Source: Clostridia bacterium
Lineage (GTDB): Bacteria; Bacillota; Clostridia; UBA1381
Direction of reading: 5' to 3'
NCBI GenBank assembly: GCA_045603125.1
Contig: JAZULN010000021.1
Coordinates: 106-64,105, forward strand
DNA: 64,000 nt
This document shows positions 1-11,038 of this stretch, piece after piece. Below the pieces are notes generated by a model. That model did no database searches and was not told the origin of the DNA. It was given only the letters and a program-made list of their open reading frames with translations. The position numbers and the translations under genes are program-made. How positions within the stretch are numbered: the stretch's first letter is position 1; each line of letters begins with the position of its first letter.

Positions 1-2
1 AG

Positions 3-656
3 ATGATACATACCTATTCGTTAATCCACGATGACTTGCCTGCTATGGATAACGATGACCTAAGACGGGGAAAACCAACAAACCATAAGGTGTTTGGCGA
101 GGATATGGCGATTTTAGCCGGTGACGCACTCCTAAACCGAGCAATGGAAGTAGCACTTTTATCAGAGGTTTCGGATGATGTTAAAGTAAGGGCTTTAAAA
201 GTTCTATTTAATTCTTCCGGCACCGAAGGAATGATAGGCGGACAGGTTATTGACATAAAAAATCAGAAGCATACCCGCGAAGAACTTTTAAATCTTCACC
301 TTTTAAAGACCGGTGCAATTATTCGCTCATCTGGAGTTTTGGGCGGAATTTTATCGGGTGCATTGGAAAATGAGATTGATGCAATCGACGAATTTTGTAA
401 AAATCTCGGAATTGCGTTCCAGATTCAAGACGATTTGCTGGATGTTTTAGGAAATGTTGAGGAGTTAGGCAAGCCTGTGGGAAGCGACGAGGATAACGAA
501 AAAACCACCTATGTAACCCTTTTTGGTTTAGAAAAGTCCAAGGAGTTGGTAAGCGTTTATACTGCTAAAGCAAAGGAAAGTTTAGAAAACTGCTTTGGCG
601 AAAAAGGGAATATTTTATTAGAACTTGCCGATTTTTTGGTGGGAAGGAAAATATAA
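3..656 (+). CDS. Polyprenyl (farnesyl/geranylgeranyl) diphosphate synthase, IspA-like; 5' end lies outside the window
   Basis: Both aspartate-rich motifs are present: LIHDDLPAMDNDDLRRGKPT (first) and FQIQDDLLD (second). The ORF is open to the window edge. Confidence 0.85.
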   Translation: MIHTYSLIHDDLPAMDNDDLRRGKPTNHKVFGEDMAILAGDALLNRAMEVALLSEVSDDVKVRALKVLFNSSGTEGMIGGQVIDIKNQKHTREELLNLHLLKTGAIIRSSGVLGGILSGALENEIDAIDEFCKNLGIAFQIQDDLLDVLGNVEELGKPVGSDEDNEKTTYVTLFGLEKSKELVSVYTAKAKESLENCFGEKGNILLELADFLVGRKI

Positions 657-669
657 ATCGGAGGACAAA

Positions 670-1110
670 ATGGTTGGAATTTTAAATGATTCTATAATAT
701 TTACGGCGATTTTATCGTGGTTTATAGCCCAATTATTAAAGGTTATAATTGTGATTATAAAAGAGAAAAAGGTAGATTTTTACCGATTCATCGGTTCTGG
801 CGGAATGCCAAGCTCACACGCCGCATTTGTGACAAGTCTTTCAACTGCGGTTGGGCTGGTTGATGGCTTTGACAGTAGTATTTTTGCTATAACTGTGGTG
901 CTTTCATTAGTGGTTATGTATGATGCGGCAGGTGTCAGACGTTCAGCCGGTCAGATGGCAAGAATTTTAAATAAAATTGTCGATGAATGGGATAAAGAGG
1001 ACGGAAAGCGTCGTGAAAAACGCTTAAAAGAACTTTTGGGTCACACTCCGGTTGAGGTTTTTGCCGGTGCGGTGCTTGGGATTTTAATAGGAATAATAAG
1101 GCATTTTTAA
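670..1110 (+). CDS. Divergent PAP2 / acid-phosphatase-like membrane protein (YuiD/DUF212 type)
   Basis: Has the GGMPSSHAAF motif and hydrophobic segments. I chose the ATG at 670 because GGAGG sits at 661-665; the 625 start overlaps the upstream gene. Confidence 0.7.
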   Translation: MVGILNDSIIFTAILSWFIAQLLKVIIVIIKEKKVDFYRFIGSGGMPSSHAAFVTSLSTAVGLVDGFDSSIFAITVVLSLVVMYDAAGVRRSAGQMARILNKIVDEWDKEDGKRREKRLKELLGHTPVEVFAGAVLGILIGIIRHF

Positions 1111-1176
1111 TATTGAATAAAAACTCTCGGAAGCTGAAAAAATAATTTTAAAAATAAAGCTTTAGGGAGTTTTTTT

Positions 1177-2835
1177 ATGTTAGCCACAGTTTTGGGGATT
1201 ACCCAGTTTGCATTTACAATGATTATAGGTATGTATTTTTTGCAAGCCTTAAAAAATCAACACGACCAAAAACCTAATTTAAATGAAGAAACCAAGCGGG
1301 ATATGGAGAGGTTAAATAAAATGCGGCGTATTCACTTAACAGAGCCCTTGACCGAACAAACAAGGCCGAAAAACTTTAATGAGATTATTGGGCAAAAAGA
1401 TGGAGTTCGGGCGGTAAGAGTTGCTCTTTGCGGACCAAATCCACAGCATATCCTGATATACGGCCCGCCCGGAGTTGGGAAAACCGCAGCCTCCAGAATT
1501 GCTATGGAGGAGGCAAAGCGAAGCGAGGGTACGCCATTTTTGCCGGACGCTGTTTTTATAGAGGTCGATGCTAACACCATGCACTATGACGAGCGAAGTA
1601 TTGCCGACCCCCTAATCGGCTCGGTACATGACCCCATCTATCAAGGGGCGAGTGCATTGGGGGTGGCAGGGATACCACAACCCAAGGAGGGTGCGGTATC
1701 GAAAGCCCACGGCGGTGTGCTTTTTATAGACGAAATCGGGGAACTTCAACCCATACAGATGAATAGACTCTTAAAGGTTTTGGAAGACAGAAAAGTTCAT
1801 TTTGAGAGTGCTTATTATTCTAAAAGCAACAAAAACATCCCAAGATATATCCATGAACTCTTCCAAAACGGCATGCCGGCAGATTTCAGACTAATTGGTG
1901 CAACTACCCGGTCTCCTGAAGAAATCCCGCCGGCGGTAAGGTCTAGGTGTGTAGAGATTTTTTTCAATAGCCTAACCGACGATGATTTGATAGAGATTAT
2001 AGATAATGCTCTCAAAAAACTAAATATCTCTATGAACGATGCATTAAAGAAAAAAATCTGCCGATATACCGCAAACGGAAGAGACGTTGTGAAAATTCTG
2101 CAAACGATATCGGCAAAACTTAGCCTTGAGAAAAGAAGAGAGGTAAGAGAAGAGGATGTTGATTGGGTGATAAGGTGCGGAAGATACCGTGCAAAATACA
2201 CCTATACTGTGTCAGAGGGTAGTAAGATAGGGGTTGTAAACGGCCTTGCAGTATCGGGAGATGGAGTAGGACTTATTATGCCGATTGAGGTAAGTGCCAC
2301 ACCATCTCCAAAAGGTCGGGTATGTTACGGCGGGATTTGCGAGAATGAAACGATAAATTTCAGAAACAGAACCATAACCGGAAAGAGCAGTGCAAGGGCG
2401 TCTTTGGATAATGTGTTGACAGTTTTAGCAGAACAGTTCGGCATCGGGGTTGATGGGTATAATATAACGGTGAATTTTCCGGGTGGTATGCCGGTGGACG
2501 GACCTTCTGCCGGAATTACACTTTTTGCCGGAATTTATTCTGCCATAAAAAAGATTGGAATTGACCAAAAAATTGCTTTCACAGGTGAGATTTCGGTGCT
2601 TGGCGGGATAAATCCTGTGGGAGGGGTTATGGAAAAGGTAGAGGCTGCAAAAAATGCCGGAGTAGAGACGGTTATAATCCCATATAAAAACTATTACCCC
2701 GACCTTGAGCGGGTAGGGGTCAAAATCATCCCATTAAAAGAGGTCCGGGAGCTTTGGGAGTATCTTTTTAAAATGGATTCGGGAGAAAATATTTATAATA
2801 AAGAGCCTGGTGCTATAGTCGCATCGGGGATATAA
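1177..2835 (+). CDS. lonB: Lon-family ATP-dependent protease LonB (sporulation-associated, membrane-anchored)
   Basis: N-terminal TM segment, Walker A GPPGVGKT, DPLIGSVHDPIYQG and GGVLFIDEIGEL motifs, and a C-terminal S16 protease domain with DGPSAGIT. At 552 aa it appears colinear, from memory, with B. subtilis LonB. Confidence 0.9.
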   Translation: MLATVLGITQFAFTMIIGMYFLQALKNQHDQKPNLNEETKRDMERLNKMRRIHLTEPLTEQTRPKNFNEIIGQKDGVRAVRVALCGPNPQHILIYGPPGVGKTAASRIAMEEAKRSEGTPFLPDAVFIEVDANTMHYDERSIADPLIGSVHDPIYQGASALGVAGIPQPKEGAVSKAHGGVLFIDEIGELQPIQMNRLLKVLEDRKVHFESAYYSKSNKNIPRYIHELFQNGMPADFRLIGATTRSPEEIPPAVRSRCVEIFFNSLTDDDLIEIIDNALKKLNISMNDALKKKICRYTANGRDVVKILQTISAKLSLEKRREVREEDVDWVIRCGRYRAKYTYTVSEGSKIGVVNGLAVSGDGVGLIMPIEVSATPSPKGRVCYGGICENETINFRNRTITGKSSARASLDNVLTVLAEQFGIGVDGYNITVNFPGGMPVDGPSAGITLFAGIYSAIKKIGIDQKIAFTGEISVLGGINPVGGVMEKVEAAKNAGVETVIIPYKNYYPDLERVGVKIIPLKEVRELWEYLFKMDSGENIYNKEPGAIVASGI

Positions 2836-2863
2836 AACAGGGTAAAGTCCCTGTTTTATTTTT
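2834..2863 (+). terminator. Rho-independent terminator after lonB
   Basis: Stem ACAGGG/CCCTGT with a 6-nt loop, followed by a T-run. Confidence 0.7.
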
Positions 2864-2908
2864 ATTAAATAAAATACTAAAAAAATTTCCTATAACCCTT
2901 TACTTTTC

Positions 2909-2937
2909 TTGACATTTGGTATATAATGTTGTAAAAT
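2909..2937 (+). promoter_or_regulatory. Sigma-A type promoter for the DUF975 gene
   Basis: TTGACA (2909-2914), 17-nt spacer, TAAAAT (2932-2937). Confidence 0.55.
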
Positions 2938-2971
2938 GGGCGTAGGATTTTAAAATATAGGAGGTTTTTTG

Positions 2972-3796
2972 ATGATCACGAGAAAAGAACTTAAAACCGA
3001 TGCTAAAAAAGTCTTAAAAAGTAAATACTGGCCGTTCTTTATAGTGGGACTAATCCAGGCGGTGTTGGTTTCGCTTTTATTTGTAAATGTCAGAGTGGGC
3101 GGTTTTGAAAGCTTAAAAGAAAGGTTTTTGTTTACAATAATATTCGGACTAAGCATGCTGATTGTGCAAGTTTTTTTGGTAAATCCGTTTCGGGCGGCAT
3201 ATGCAAGATTTGTAGTGGTAAATTCGGAAAATGAAAAAACCGATTACCGCGTGATGTGGGAAACACTAAAAGACAACTACATAGCTATCTTAAGAGCAAC
3301 ATTTATGAGGGATTTGCTTATTATGGTCTGCTCGATCCCTTTTTATATCGGACTTGGACTTATGGGAATGGGGCTTATCCCATGGTTTATGCGACTCCCC
3401 ATTGTGGAAAAGCTAATGGCTTTCCAGACCTTTTTCTCGCCGTCTTTGGTTATGACCACTTTCTATTATATGTTATTTTTCACAGGCTGCATAATTGCTG
3501 CAGGCGGTTTTATCCTGCTTTTATATAGAGCATATTCCTATAGAATGGTAGATTTTCTTGTATGCGAAATGCCGGATGAGAGTTGGGAAGATATTTTACT
3601 TAAAAGTAAAAAAATGATGAGAAGAAATAAGTTCTTTACATTAACCTTGGATATATCATTCTTTGGATGGATGATTTTAGCATCACTAATTCAGGTGGGA
3701 GGAATGTTCTTATATCCTTATATTGATGCAACATTTGCTCAGTTCTATCTTCACTTAAAAGGCAAGGAAAATAAACCTGAACAAACTATAATTTGA
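2972..3796 (+). CDS. DUF975-family integral membrane protein
   Basis: Multi-TM protein whose N-terminus (ITRKELKTDAKKVLKSKYWPFF) is typical of DUF975. GGAGG sits 7 nt upstream of the ATG at 2972. Confidence 0.6.
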   Translation: MITRKELKTDAKKVLKSKYWPFFIVGLIQAVLVSLLFVNVRVGGFESLKERFLFTIIFGLSMLIVQVFLVNPFRAAYARFVVVNSENEKTDYRVMWETLKDNYIAILRATFMRDLLIMVCSIPFYIGLGLMGMGLIPWFMRLPIVEKLMAFQTFFSPSLVMTTFYYMLFFTGCIIAAGGFILLLYRAYSYRMVDFLVCEMPDESWEDILLKSKKMMRRNKFFTLTLDISFFGWMILASLIQVGGMFLYPYIDATFAQFYLHLKGKENKPEQTII

Positions 3797-3853
3797 GAAT
3801 TTTAATTATGCCGCGGCATAATTTAAAATATAAAAAACGAAAGGATGACCATA

Positions 3854-4495
3854 ATGGAAAAAGAAAAAGTTTTACAGAAAATGACTGATGCCGGTCTTGT
3901 TGCAGTAGTCAGAGCAAACACAGCTGATGAGGCTATAAGAATTGCGGATGCATGCTTAGAAGGCGGATGCCCTTCAATCGAGCTTACATTCACAGTTCCG
4001 GGTGCTCATAAGGTAATCGAGGCATTGGCTAACAAATATTCAAATGGCGAAATGCTTTTGGGTGCAGGCACAGTTTTGGATTCAGAAACTGCAAGAACTG
4101 CAATTTTATCCGGTGCAAACTATATAGTAAGCCCTGGATTTAACCTAGAGGCTGCAAAGCTTTGTAACCGCTATAGAGTTCCCTATATGCCGGGTTGCAT
4201 GACAATTACAGAAGTTTTAACCGCAATGGAAGCAGGAGCGGATATCATTAAAATCTTCCCTGCTGACCTTTTTGGACCAACAATCATCAAGGACATCAAA
4301 GGCCCACTTCCACACGCAAAGCTTATGCCGACAGGCGGCGTTGACGTATCAAATGTTGATAAGTGGATTAAAGCAGGTGCAGTTGCAGTAGGAGCAGGAT
4401 CTAGCCTAACCGCAGGTGCAAAGACCGGTGATTATAAAAAGATTACAGAAACAGCAAGAGAATTTATTAAGAAGATTCAGGAAGCAAGAGCATAA
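3854..4495 (+). CDS. eda: 2-dehydro-3-deoxyphosphogluconate / 4-hydroxy-2-oxoglutarate aldolase
   Basis: KDPG aldolase-like sequence (VVRANTADEA, IELTFTVPGA, PTGGV) directly upstream of kdgK. The ATG at 3854 has AAAGGA 8 nt upstream. Confidence 0.85.
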   Translation: MEKEKVLQKMTDAGLVAVVRANTADEAIRIADACLEGGCPSIELTFTVPGAHKVIEALANKYSNGEMLLGAGTVLDSETARTAILSGANYIVSPGFNLEAAKLCNRYRVPYMPGCMTITEVLTAMEAGADIIKIFPADLFGPTIIKDIKGPLPHAKLMPTGGVDVSNVDKWIKAGAVAVGAGSSLTAGAKTGDYKKITETAREFIKKIQEARA

Positions 4496-4521
4496 TTTAC
4501 ATAAGAAAGGAATTTAAGATT

Positions 4522-5553
4522 ATGGCAAAGTTAGTTACAATGGGAGAAATCATGTTAAGATTATCAACTCCCGGAAATGAAAAGTTCATTCAGGCAGACG
4601 AATTTGATGTATGCTACGGCGGCGGTGAAGCAAACGTTGCAGTATCTGTTGCAAACTATGGACACGATGCAGAATTCGTAACAAAGGTTCCAAATAACCC
4701 AATAGGTGAATGTGCAGTTGCAGCACTAAGAAAACATAACGTTGAAACTAAGAACATCGCTCGTGGCGGCGAAAGACTTGGTATCTATTTCTTAGAAACC
4801 GGTGCTGCTATGAGAGCATCTAACGTTGTATACGATAGAGCTCACTCATCAATCTCAACTGCTAAAGCTGAAGATTTCGATTTTGATAAAATCTTTGAAG
4901 GTGCAGACTGGTTCCACTTCACAGGTATCACTCCTGCAGTTTCAGATGCTGCAGCAGAATTGACAGAAGCGGCACTAAAAGCTGCAAAGGCTAAGGGTAT
5001 CACAGTTTCTTGTGACCTAAATTTCCGTAAAAAGCTTTGGAGCTCAGAAAAGGCACAAAAGGTTATGTCAAACCTTATGCAATATGTTGATGTATGTATC
5101 GGAAACGAAGAAGATGCTGAAAAGGTACTTGGCTTCAAGCCAGGCAACACCGACGTTACAAGCGGTGAATTGGAGCTTGCAGGCTACAAAGACATTTTCT
5201 GCCAGATGGTTGAAAAGTTTAACTTTAAGTATGTTATAAGCTCCCTAAGAGAAAGCTTCTCTGCATCAGATAACGGCTGGTCAGCTTGTATTTACAGCAG
5301 AGATACAAAGGAATTCTATCACTCAAGAAAGTACAGAATTACTCCTATCGTTGACCGTGTTGGTGGCGGTGACTCATTTGCAGGCGGTGTAATCTGCGGT
5401 TTCTTAGACGGTAAGAACTTCAAGGAAGCTTTGGAATACGGTGTTGCAGCATCAGCCTTAAAACACACAATCCCTGGTGACTTTAACCTTGTTACAAGAA
5501 GTGACGTTGAAAATCTTGCAGGCGGCGACGGCTCAGGCAGAGTTCAAAGATAA
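4522..5553 (+). CDS. kdgK: 2-dehydro-3-deoxygluconokinase (PfkB/ribokinase family)
   Basis: N-terminal VTMGEIMLRLSTPG and C-terminal GGGDSFAGG anion-hole motif. Paired with eda. Confidence 0.85.
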   Translation: MAKLVTMGEIMLRLSTPGNEKFIQADEFDVCYGGGEANVAVSVANYGHDAEFVTKVPNNPIGECAVAALRKHNVETKNIARGGERLGIYFLETGAAMRASNVVYDRAHSSISTAKAEDFDFDKIFEGADWFHFTGITPAVSDAAAELTEAALKAAKAKGITVSCDLNFRKKLWSSEKAQKVMSNLMQYVDVCIGNEEDAEKVLGFKPGNTDVTSGELELAGYKDIFCQMVEKFNFKYVISSLRESFSASDNGWSACIYSRDTKEFYHSRKYRITPIVDRVGGGDSFAGGVICGFLDGKNFKEALEYGVAASALKHTIPGDFNLVTRSDVENLAGGDGSGRVQR

Positions 5554-5561
5554 GAGGTGTC

Positions 5562-5909
5562 GTGATGGCATCAGGTAAAATAATGGGGATAAGAATTAAA
5601 GAAGTCAGGAAGAAAAGAAAGATGACTCAGGCAGACGTGGCAGAGGCGTTAGGTATTTCAAGAAGCGTTGTAGCTTGTTGGGAAACCGGCGTATCCGAGC
5701 CGAATGCGGAGGAACTCAGAAAATTAAGAGACTTATTTAATATATCCTCAGACTATTTATGTGGATTTGTAGATGAGCATACGACCTACAATATTCCTGA
5801 AAGTTATGACATTGATTTTAGCAGATTAAATTCATTAGGAAAGACTGTTATGTGTGTAATATTCAATGCCATTGCAGAGTGTAAGTTGTTTAAAAATGAA
5901 AGATACTAA
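5562..5909 (+). CDS. XRE-family helix-turn-helix transcriptional regulator
   Basis: IKEVRKKRKMTQADVAEALGISRSVVACWETG is a classic HTH_3 segment. The true start could be the ATG at 5565 or 5583. Confidence 0.75.
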   Translation: MMASGKIMGIRIKEVRKKRKMTQADVAEALGISRSVVACWETGVSEPNAEELRKLRDLFNISSDYLCGFVDEHTTYNIPESYDIDFSRLNSLGKTVMCVIFNAIAECKLFKNERY

Positions 5910-5940
5910 AAATGAGAGAGCTTTAAGCTCTCTCATTTTT
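5908..5940. terminator. Bidirectional terminator between the XRE gene and ntpD
   Basis: AAAAATGAGAGAGC-TTTA-GCTCTCTCATTTTT: a perfect 10-bp stem flanked by A- and T-runs. Confidence 0.8.
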
Positions 5941-6598
5941 AGTTACTATTTTTGTTTGCTATATTTTCTGCCACCATCATATCCTTGATTTTCATAAGTC
6001 GTGTTGTGTTACTTCGCTCCTGTTCATCAAGCTTCATGGTGATATATTTAATTGTGTCTTCGTAGTTTGGAATCATAATATGCTCAAGGGCATTAACACG
6101 GCGGCGAGTTCTTTCAATCTCATCTGCCAATAGCTGAGCCGCCTTCTCCTTTTCTGCAAGAGATAGCATATCGGGTAGGATTTCTGATAGAAGTGAAACC
6201 GATTTATCTAAGTCGTAGCCTGTGAAGGCGTAGCCATAAGAATAGATGTCGCTTGAATTTTGACTTTTTGTCTTGGTCTTAAATTTTGGAACGTCTACAC
6301 TCATAATGTTTTTTGTGTCGACTTCCAGCTCCACCCCTTGCTTTGGCATCATAAGTGCCGATAAAAGAACCTCTTTTTTCATAACAGACCCTGCTACCGC
6401 CATATATTTATTGGCCTCGATGAGTTGTTTTTCAACCCGTTCTCTTAAAATTTTATTTTCTCTTACAATATCCAAAAACTGTCGCATCATCTCGTCACGC
6501 TTATCTTTTAAAAGCTTATGACCACGTTTTGCTGTTGCGAGGCTTTTTTTGAGCCGTGATAATTCCATTCTCGTTGGATTTACATTTAACTGTGCCAA
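5939..6598 (-). CDS. ntpD: V-type ATP synthase subunit D
   Basis: Starts (TTG)AQLNVNPTRMELSRLK, typical of V/A-ATPase D. It is the last gene of the operon. Confidence 0.9.
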   Translation of the reverse strand: MAQLNVNPTRMELSRLKKSLATAKRGHKLLKDKRDEMMRQFLDIVRENKILRERVEKQLIEANKYMAVAGSVMKKEVLLSALMMPKQGVELEVDTKNIMSVDVPKFKTKTKSQNSSDIYSYGYAFTGYDLDKSVSLLSEILPDMLSLAEKEKAAQLLADEIERTRRRVNALEHIMIPNYEDTIKYITMKLDEQERSNTTRLMKIKDMMVAENIANKNSN

Positions 6599-6609
6599 AA
6601 AACATCACC

Positions 6610-7980
6610 TCACTTTTGATAGTAAAGGTCTAAATACTCGTCTTTAATACGCTTTAATTCGCTTCTTGGTAGAATTGATAAAAGCTTCCAGCCAATCTCC
6701 AGAGTTTCCTCGATATTTCGGTCTGTTGTGTAGCCTTGGGAGATATATTCTTCTTCAAAGGCATCGGCAAATTTTGCGTATAGTTTATCAATATCGGAAA
6801 GTGCCGCATCGCCCAGAATAACCATCAATTCTTTTGCCTCTTTTCCTCTTGCATAGGCAGCGAAAAGTTGGTTCATGGTATTTGCATGGTCTTCTCTTGT
6901 TTTACCCTTACCGATACCCTTGTCTTTTAAACGGGATAGTGACGGTAAAACGTCGATCGGCGGCGCGATATTTTTTCTGTAGAGCTCACGGCTTAGGATT
7001 ATCTGTCCTTCGGTGATGTAGCCGGTAAGGTCGGGGATTGGGTGGGTCTTATCGTCTTCCGGCATGGTAAGAATTGGAATCAGGGTAATACTACCGTCAC
7101 GCCCTTTTAGTCTTCCGGCACGCTCATATAGTGATGCTAAGTCTGTGTACATATATCCCGGGTATCCTCGTCTTCCGGGGACTTCCTTTCTTGCGGCCGA
7201 CACTTCTCTTAGAGCGTCGGCATAGTTTGTGATGTCGGTCATGATAACCAGTACGTGCATATTTAAGTCAAATGCAAGGTATTCAGCCGCGGTCAACGCC
7301 ATTCTTGGGGTGGCAATTCTCTCAATTGCCGGGTCGTTTGCAAGGTTTATGAACAACACTGTTCTCTCCATTGCCCCTGTTTTTTTGAAGTCTTCAATAA
7401 AGAAGTTGGCTTCTTCAAAGGTTATACCAATCGCCGCAAAAACAACGGCAAAGTTTTCGTTTTCGCCCAAAACCTTTGCCTGACGAGCAATTTGTGCGGC
7501 GAGGTTTGCGTGGGGTAGACCACTTCCTGAGAAAATTGGTAGCTTTTGACCACGAACCAAAGTGTTTAGCCCGTCAATGGCACTAACACCTGTCTGGATA
7601 AACTCCTCAGGATAGTTTCTTGCAGCCGGATTCATAGGCACGCCGTTTATGTCGATTCGTCTGTCGGGAAGGATTTCGGGGAGGTTATCCTTTGGATTAC
7701 CAAGCCCGTCAAAAACACGTCCTAACATATCCTCCGACACGCCAAGTTCAATCCCGTGACCTAAAAATCTTACCTTACTGTTAGATAGATTTATGCCGGC
7801 ACTGCTTTCAAATAATTGAACAAGTGCATTAGAACCGTTAACTTCCAAAACACGGCAACGTCTTTTTTCGCCGCTTGCAAGTTCAATTTCACCAAGTTCG
7901 TTGAAGGTTACTCCACTTACGCCTTCTACAAGCATCAAAGGTCCTGACACTTCTTTAATTGTACGGTACTCTTTAGGCAT
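6610..7980 (-). CDS. ntpB: V-type ATP synthase subunit B
   Basis: [17 protein letters not shown]-terminus; nucleotide-binding fold without a catalytic P-loop. Gene order is A-B-D. Confidence 0.95.
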   Translation of the reverse strand: MPKEYRTIKEVSGPLMLVEGVSGVTFNELGEIELASGEKRRCRVLEVNGSNALVQLFESSAGINLSNSKVRFLGHGIELGVSEDMLGRVFDGLGNPKDNLPEILPDRRIDINGVPMNPAARNYPEEFIQTGVSAIDGLNTLVRGQKLPIFSGSGLPHANLAAQIARQAKVLGENENFAVVFAAIGITFEEANFFIEDFKKTGAMERTVLFINLANDPAIERIATPRMALTAAEYLAFDLNMHVLVIMTDITNYADALREVSAARKEVPGRRGYPGYMYTDLASLYERAGRLKGRDGSITLIPILTMPEDDKTHPIPDLTGYITEGQIILSRELYRKNIAPPIDVLPSLSRLKDKGIGKGKTREDHANTMNQLFAAYARGKEAKELMVILGDAALSDIDKLYAKFADAFEEEYISQGYTTDRNIEETLEIGWKLLSILPRSELKRIKDEYLDLYYQK

Positions 7981-7983
7981 AGC

Positions 7984-9762
7984 TTACATCTCCTCCTTCT
8001 GACTTTTTAGTTTGCTGATTTCGGATGCGATTGCGTCTTTAATAGATGAATATTCTTCCAATACGCTGTCTTCTTTTAGATACTTTATTCTGCCGATTCT
8101 CTCGCGTACCGGAAGGGCAATCAACTTTGATACGTTAATATCACTCTTTAGTGCCAGCTCCGACATATCGTAAAAATCGAGAAGCAGTCGCATCATTATG
8201 CACTGTTTTTTTAGTGATGCATAAGTGTCTATTTCATGGAAAGCATCCTGATGAAGATAGTCTTCACGAATTGAACGGGCAACCTCTAATTTTAGTCGGT
8301 CGTGGGAGTTTAGCGCGTCCATTCCTACAAGCTTTACGATTTCTTCAAGTTCTGCTTCGTCTTGTAAAAGTGCCATAAGACGGTTTCTCAAAGGCATCCA
8401 GTCTGACGATACATTTTTTGAATACCAGTCGGATAGCATATCAAGGTATAGTGAATAACTCTTAAGCCAGTTGATGGCAGGGAAGTGTCTGCGGTAGGCT
8501 AATGATGAATCCAGTCCCCAGAATACCTTTACAATCCTAAGAGTTGCTTGGGAAACCGGTTCTGATATGTCGCCGCCCTGCGGTGAAACCGCACCAATGA
8601 TACTAAGTGCACCCTCTCTTGGCTCGCTACCTTTTGACATAACTCTTCCTGCTCGCTCATAAAAGCTGGCAAGTCGGCTTCCAAGATACGCCGGATATCC
8701 TTCTTCACCCGGCATTTCTTCTAATCGACCCGACATTTCACGAAGTGCCTCTGCCCATCTTGATGTTGAATCGGCAAGGAGCACCACGCTATATCCCATG
8801 TCTCTGAAATATTCTGCAATAGTAATGCCTGTGTAGATCGATGCCTCACGTGCCGCCACCGGCATATCCGATGTATTTGCAATCAAAACCGTTCTTTCCA
8901 TTAAAGTTTTACCGGTTTTTGGGTCCTTGATTTCGGGGAATTCGTTTAGAACGTCGGTCATCTCGTTACCACGCTCACCACAGCCGATATATACAACGAT
9001 ATCTGCGTCTGCCCACTTTGCAAGCTGATGCTGTACTACAGTCTTGCCGCTTCCGAAAGGCCCTGGGACAGTACCCACACCGCCCTTTGCAATAGGGAAG
9101 AGTGTGTCGATTACTCTTTGTCCGGTTACCAACGGTACATCGGGGGATAGCTTTTCGGTGTAGGGTCTGCCTACACGAACGGGCCATTTTTGCATAAGGG
9201 TAAGGTCTATAATTTCGCCCTTGTCGGTCTTTAATTTTCCGATTGTGTCGGTTACGGTATATACACCTTTATTGATTTCTAAAATCTCACCCGATAGGTT
9301 TGGTGGAACCATAATTTTATGGGTTATAATCTCGGTTTCCAAAACTGTACCCAATATGTCACCGCCCTGAACCTTGTCGCCTGCAAAAACCACCGGGTCA
9401 AAGCTCCACTTTTTATCACGATCAAGTGCGGGAACGTTAACACCACGCTTTAGGTTTGTGCCGGCTTTTTCCATAATCGCATTAAGAGGACGCTGAATTC
9501 CGTCATAAATGCTTTTTATAAGACCGGGGCCCAGCTCAACGCTCAAAGGGGCACCGGTAGATATAACATCTTCGCCGGGGCCAAGGCCTGAGGTTTCCTC
9601 ATATACCTGAATTGACGCCAATTCCCCGTGCATCTCGATTATTTCGCCAATAAGCCCTTCCTTTGATACACGGACAACATCGTACATATTGGCGTCATAC
9701 ATATGGTCGGCAATAACCAGTGGTCCCGACACCTTTTTTATAACACCTTTACTTTCGCTCAT
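7984..9762 (-). CDS. ntpA: V-type ATP synthase catalytic subunit A
   Basis: Walker A GPFGSGKT, 592 aa, with the non-homologous insert typical of V-type A subunits. Confidence 0.95.
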   Translation of the reverse strand: MSESKGVIKKVSGPLVIADHMYDANMYDVVRVSKEGLIGEIIEMHGELASIQVYEETSGLGPGEDVISTGAPLSVELGPGLIKSIYDGIQRPLNAIMEKAGTNLKRGVNVPALDRDKKWSFDPVVFAGDKVQGGDILGTVLETEIITHKIMVPPNLSGEILEINKGVYTVTDTIGKLKTDKGEIIDLTLMQKWPVRVGRPYTEKLSPDVPLVTGQRVIDTLFPIAKGGVGTVPGPFGSGKTVVQHQLAKWADADIVVYIGCGERGNEMTDVLNEFPEIKDPKTGKTLMERTVLIANTSDMPVAAREASIYTGITIAEYFRDMGYSVVLLADSTSRWAEALREMSGRLEEMPGEEGYPAYLGSRLASFYERAGRVMSKGSEPREGALSIIGAVSPQGGDISEPVSQATLRIVKVFWGLDSSLAYRRHFPAINWLKSYSLYLDMLSDWYSKNVSSDWMPLRNRLMALLQDEAELEEIVKLVGMDALNSHDRLKLEVARSIREDYLHQDAFHEIDTYASLKKQCIMMRLLLDFYDMSELALKSDINVSKLIALPVRERIGRIKYLKEDSVLEEYSSIKDAIASEISKLKSQKEEM

Positions 9763-9773
9763 ATTTTATCTCC

Positions 9774-10097
9774 TTATTTATCATCATTAAATATTATATC
9801 TGAACCAACTGCCTGCTCCACATATTGCTTAACCTTTTTAATGCCGAATCCCGATGTGCTGTTTCCGGACGGGATGGGAATTATTGTAGGGGTAAGCTGT
9901 ACTTTATATTTTTCAAATAGCTCCGGCATTTTTTCTATATAGTTTTCTGCAATATAGATAATTGCAAAGTCTTTCTCTGCCAATCTTTTTAAAGTGTCCT
10001 CGGCTTCTTTTTGATTAGACACTCCAAAAATATCTAGTCCGAGAGCAGAAAAACCGCAGATGTTCTCGTAATCTCCTATTACTGCTATTCTCTTCAT
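9774..10097 (-). CDS. V-type ATP synthase subunit F
   Basis: 107 aa beginning MKRIAVIGDYENICGF. Sits between subunits C and A. Confidence 0.8.
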   Translation of the reverse strand: MKRIAVIGDYENICGFSALGLDIFGVSNQKEAEDTLKRLAEKDFAIIYIAENYIEKMPELFEKYKVQLTPTIIPIPSGNSTSGFGIKKVKQYVEQAVGSDIIFNDDK

Positions 10098-10100
10098 TTT

Positions 10101-11024
10101 TTATAGCCTCTTTCTGATTATTTCGGTTGGAATATTATTTTTAAGGCAGGAAAGAATAATTCTTACCTTTTTAATTTCTTCTTCCTTTGAAAGAATAAAG
10201 GAGAATATCGGCTCAATTCCAAAAAAATGATTTCTGTATAATCCAAAGAGTTCAGATTTTTTCTTTTCGCACCATTTTTCAAATTCGCCAATATCTATAT
10301 TATCCCCCTCGGGGGCATATCCAACTTTTTTCAGGATTTCTCCAAAGTCACCGGTTTCGGATGCTGTTTTTAAAGCCAAAGAATCGAACGTATCCATTTC
10401 AATAAATGCAGAATCAGCTGAATTTGACCCTAGCTTATGGCATCTCATGGCGATCAGGATATTTATAAATAAAATGTTTTTATCAATCCACTCGCCTAAA
10501 AAGGCGTTTGACTCGGATAGTTTTTTCATATATGAAAAAGCCATTTTATCTATATAAATCTCTGCCTTTTGACCGTCGTGCTCCTTTGTGATTATCCCGT
10601 AAGCATTTTTTCCAACTTCGCTTAAAAACTCGGGCAAATCGGAAAAATCGTTGGATGTGACAGAGGAATATATATCCTCAGGATTTACAATTGACGGGGT
10701 TAAAACGAGATTTTTCCAAGGCATATTTGTGATAAATGCTTTTAGAATTGTCTTTAGGTTATGAAAATCATTTTTGCATTTTAGGATATCCAAAATCCCG
10801 GGCTCGGGGAGAACACTCTCAGCTTCCCGCCAGATTTTTTCTGCCTCATCATCTAAAATTGATGAATCTCGGCTATCCTTTTTACCAAAACCCTTATCCT
10901 GAAGAAATTTAATCGCATCGTCAAAACTTCCGGATATAAGAGTCTCAAAGTCGGAATCGGTCAGCATTTTATTTTCAAGGGTTTTTAAATATGAAACGGC
11001 ATATGTTAATTCTGAATCCTTCAT
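10101..11024 (-). CDS. ntpC: V-type ATP synthase subunit C
   Basis: About 307-aa helical protein between E and F. I prefer the ATG at 11024, which has GGGGTG upstream, over 11051. Confidence 0.75.
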   Translation of the reverse strand: MKDSELTYAVSYLKTLENKMLTDSDFETLISGSFDDAIKFLQDKGFGKKDSRDSSILDDEAEKIWREAESVLPEPGILDILKCKNDFHNLKTILKAFITNMPWKNLVLTPSIVNPEDIYSSVTSNDFSDLPEFLSEVGKNAYGIITKEHDGQKAEIYIDKMAFSYMKKLSESNAFLGEWIDKNILFINILIAMRCHKLGSNSADSAFIEMDTFDSLALKTASETGDFGEILKKVGYAPEGDNIDIGEFEKWCEKKKSELFGLYRNHFFGIEPIFSFILSKEEEIKKVRIILSCLKNNIPTEIIRKRL

Positions 11025-11038
11025 AATTTCACCCCTTT

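Noticed and set aside
625-669. Upstream extension of the YuiD-like ORF and similar long N-terminal extensions in the track (rpsT 27560, mazG 30989, pncB 34138, rnmV-like 39189, DUF3343 39208, ruvA 48825, 53263, 55474)
   Set aside because: In each case an internal ATG or GTG with a properly spaced GGAGG-type RBS matches the conserved N-terminus of the family. The extensions overlap upstream genes or intergenic signals.
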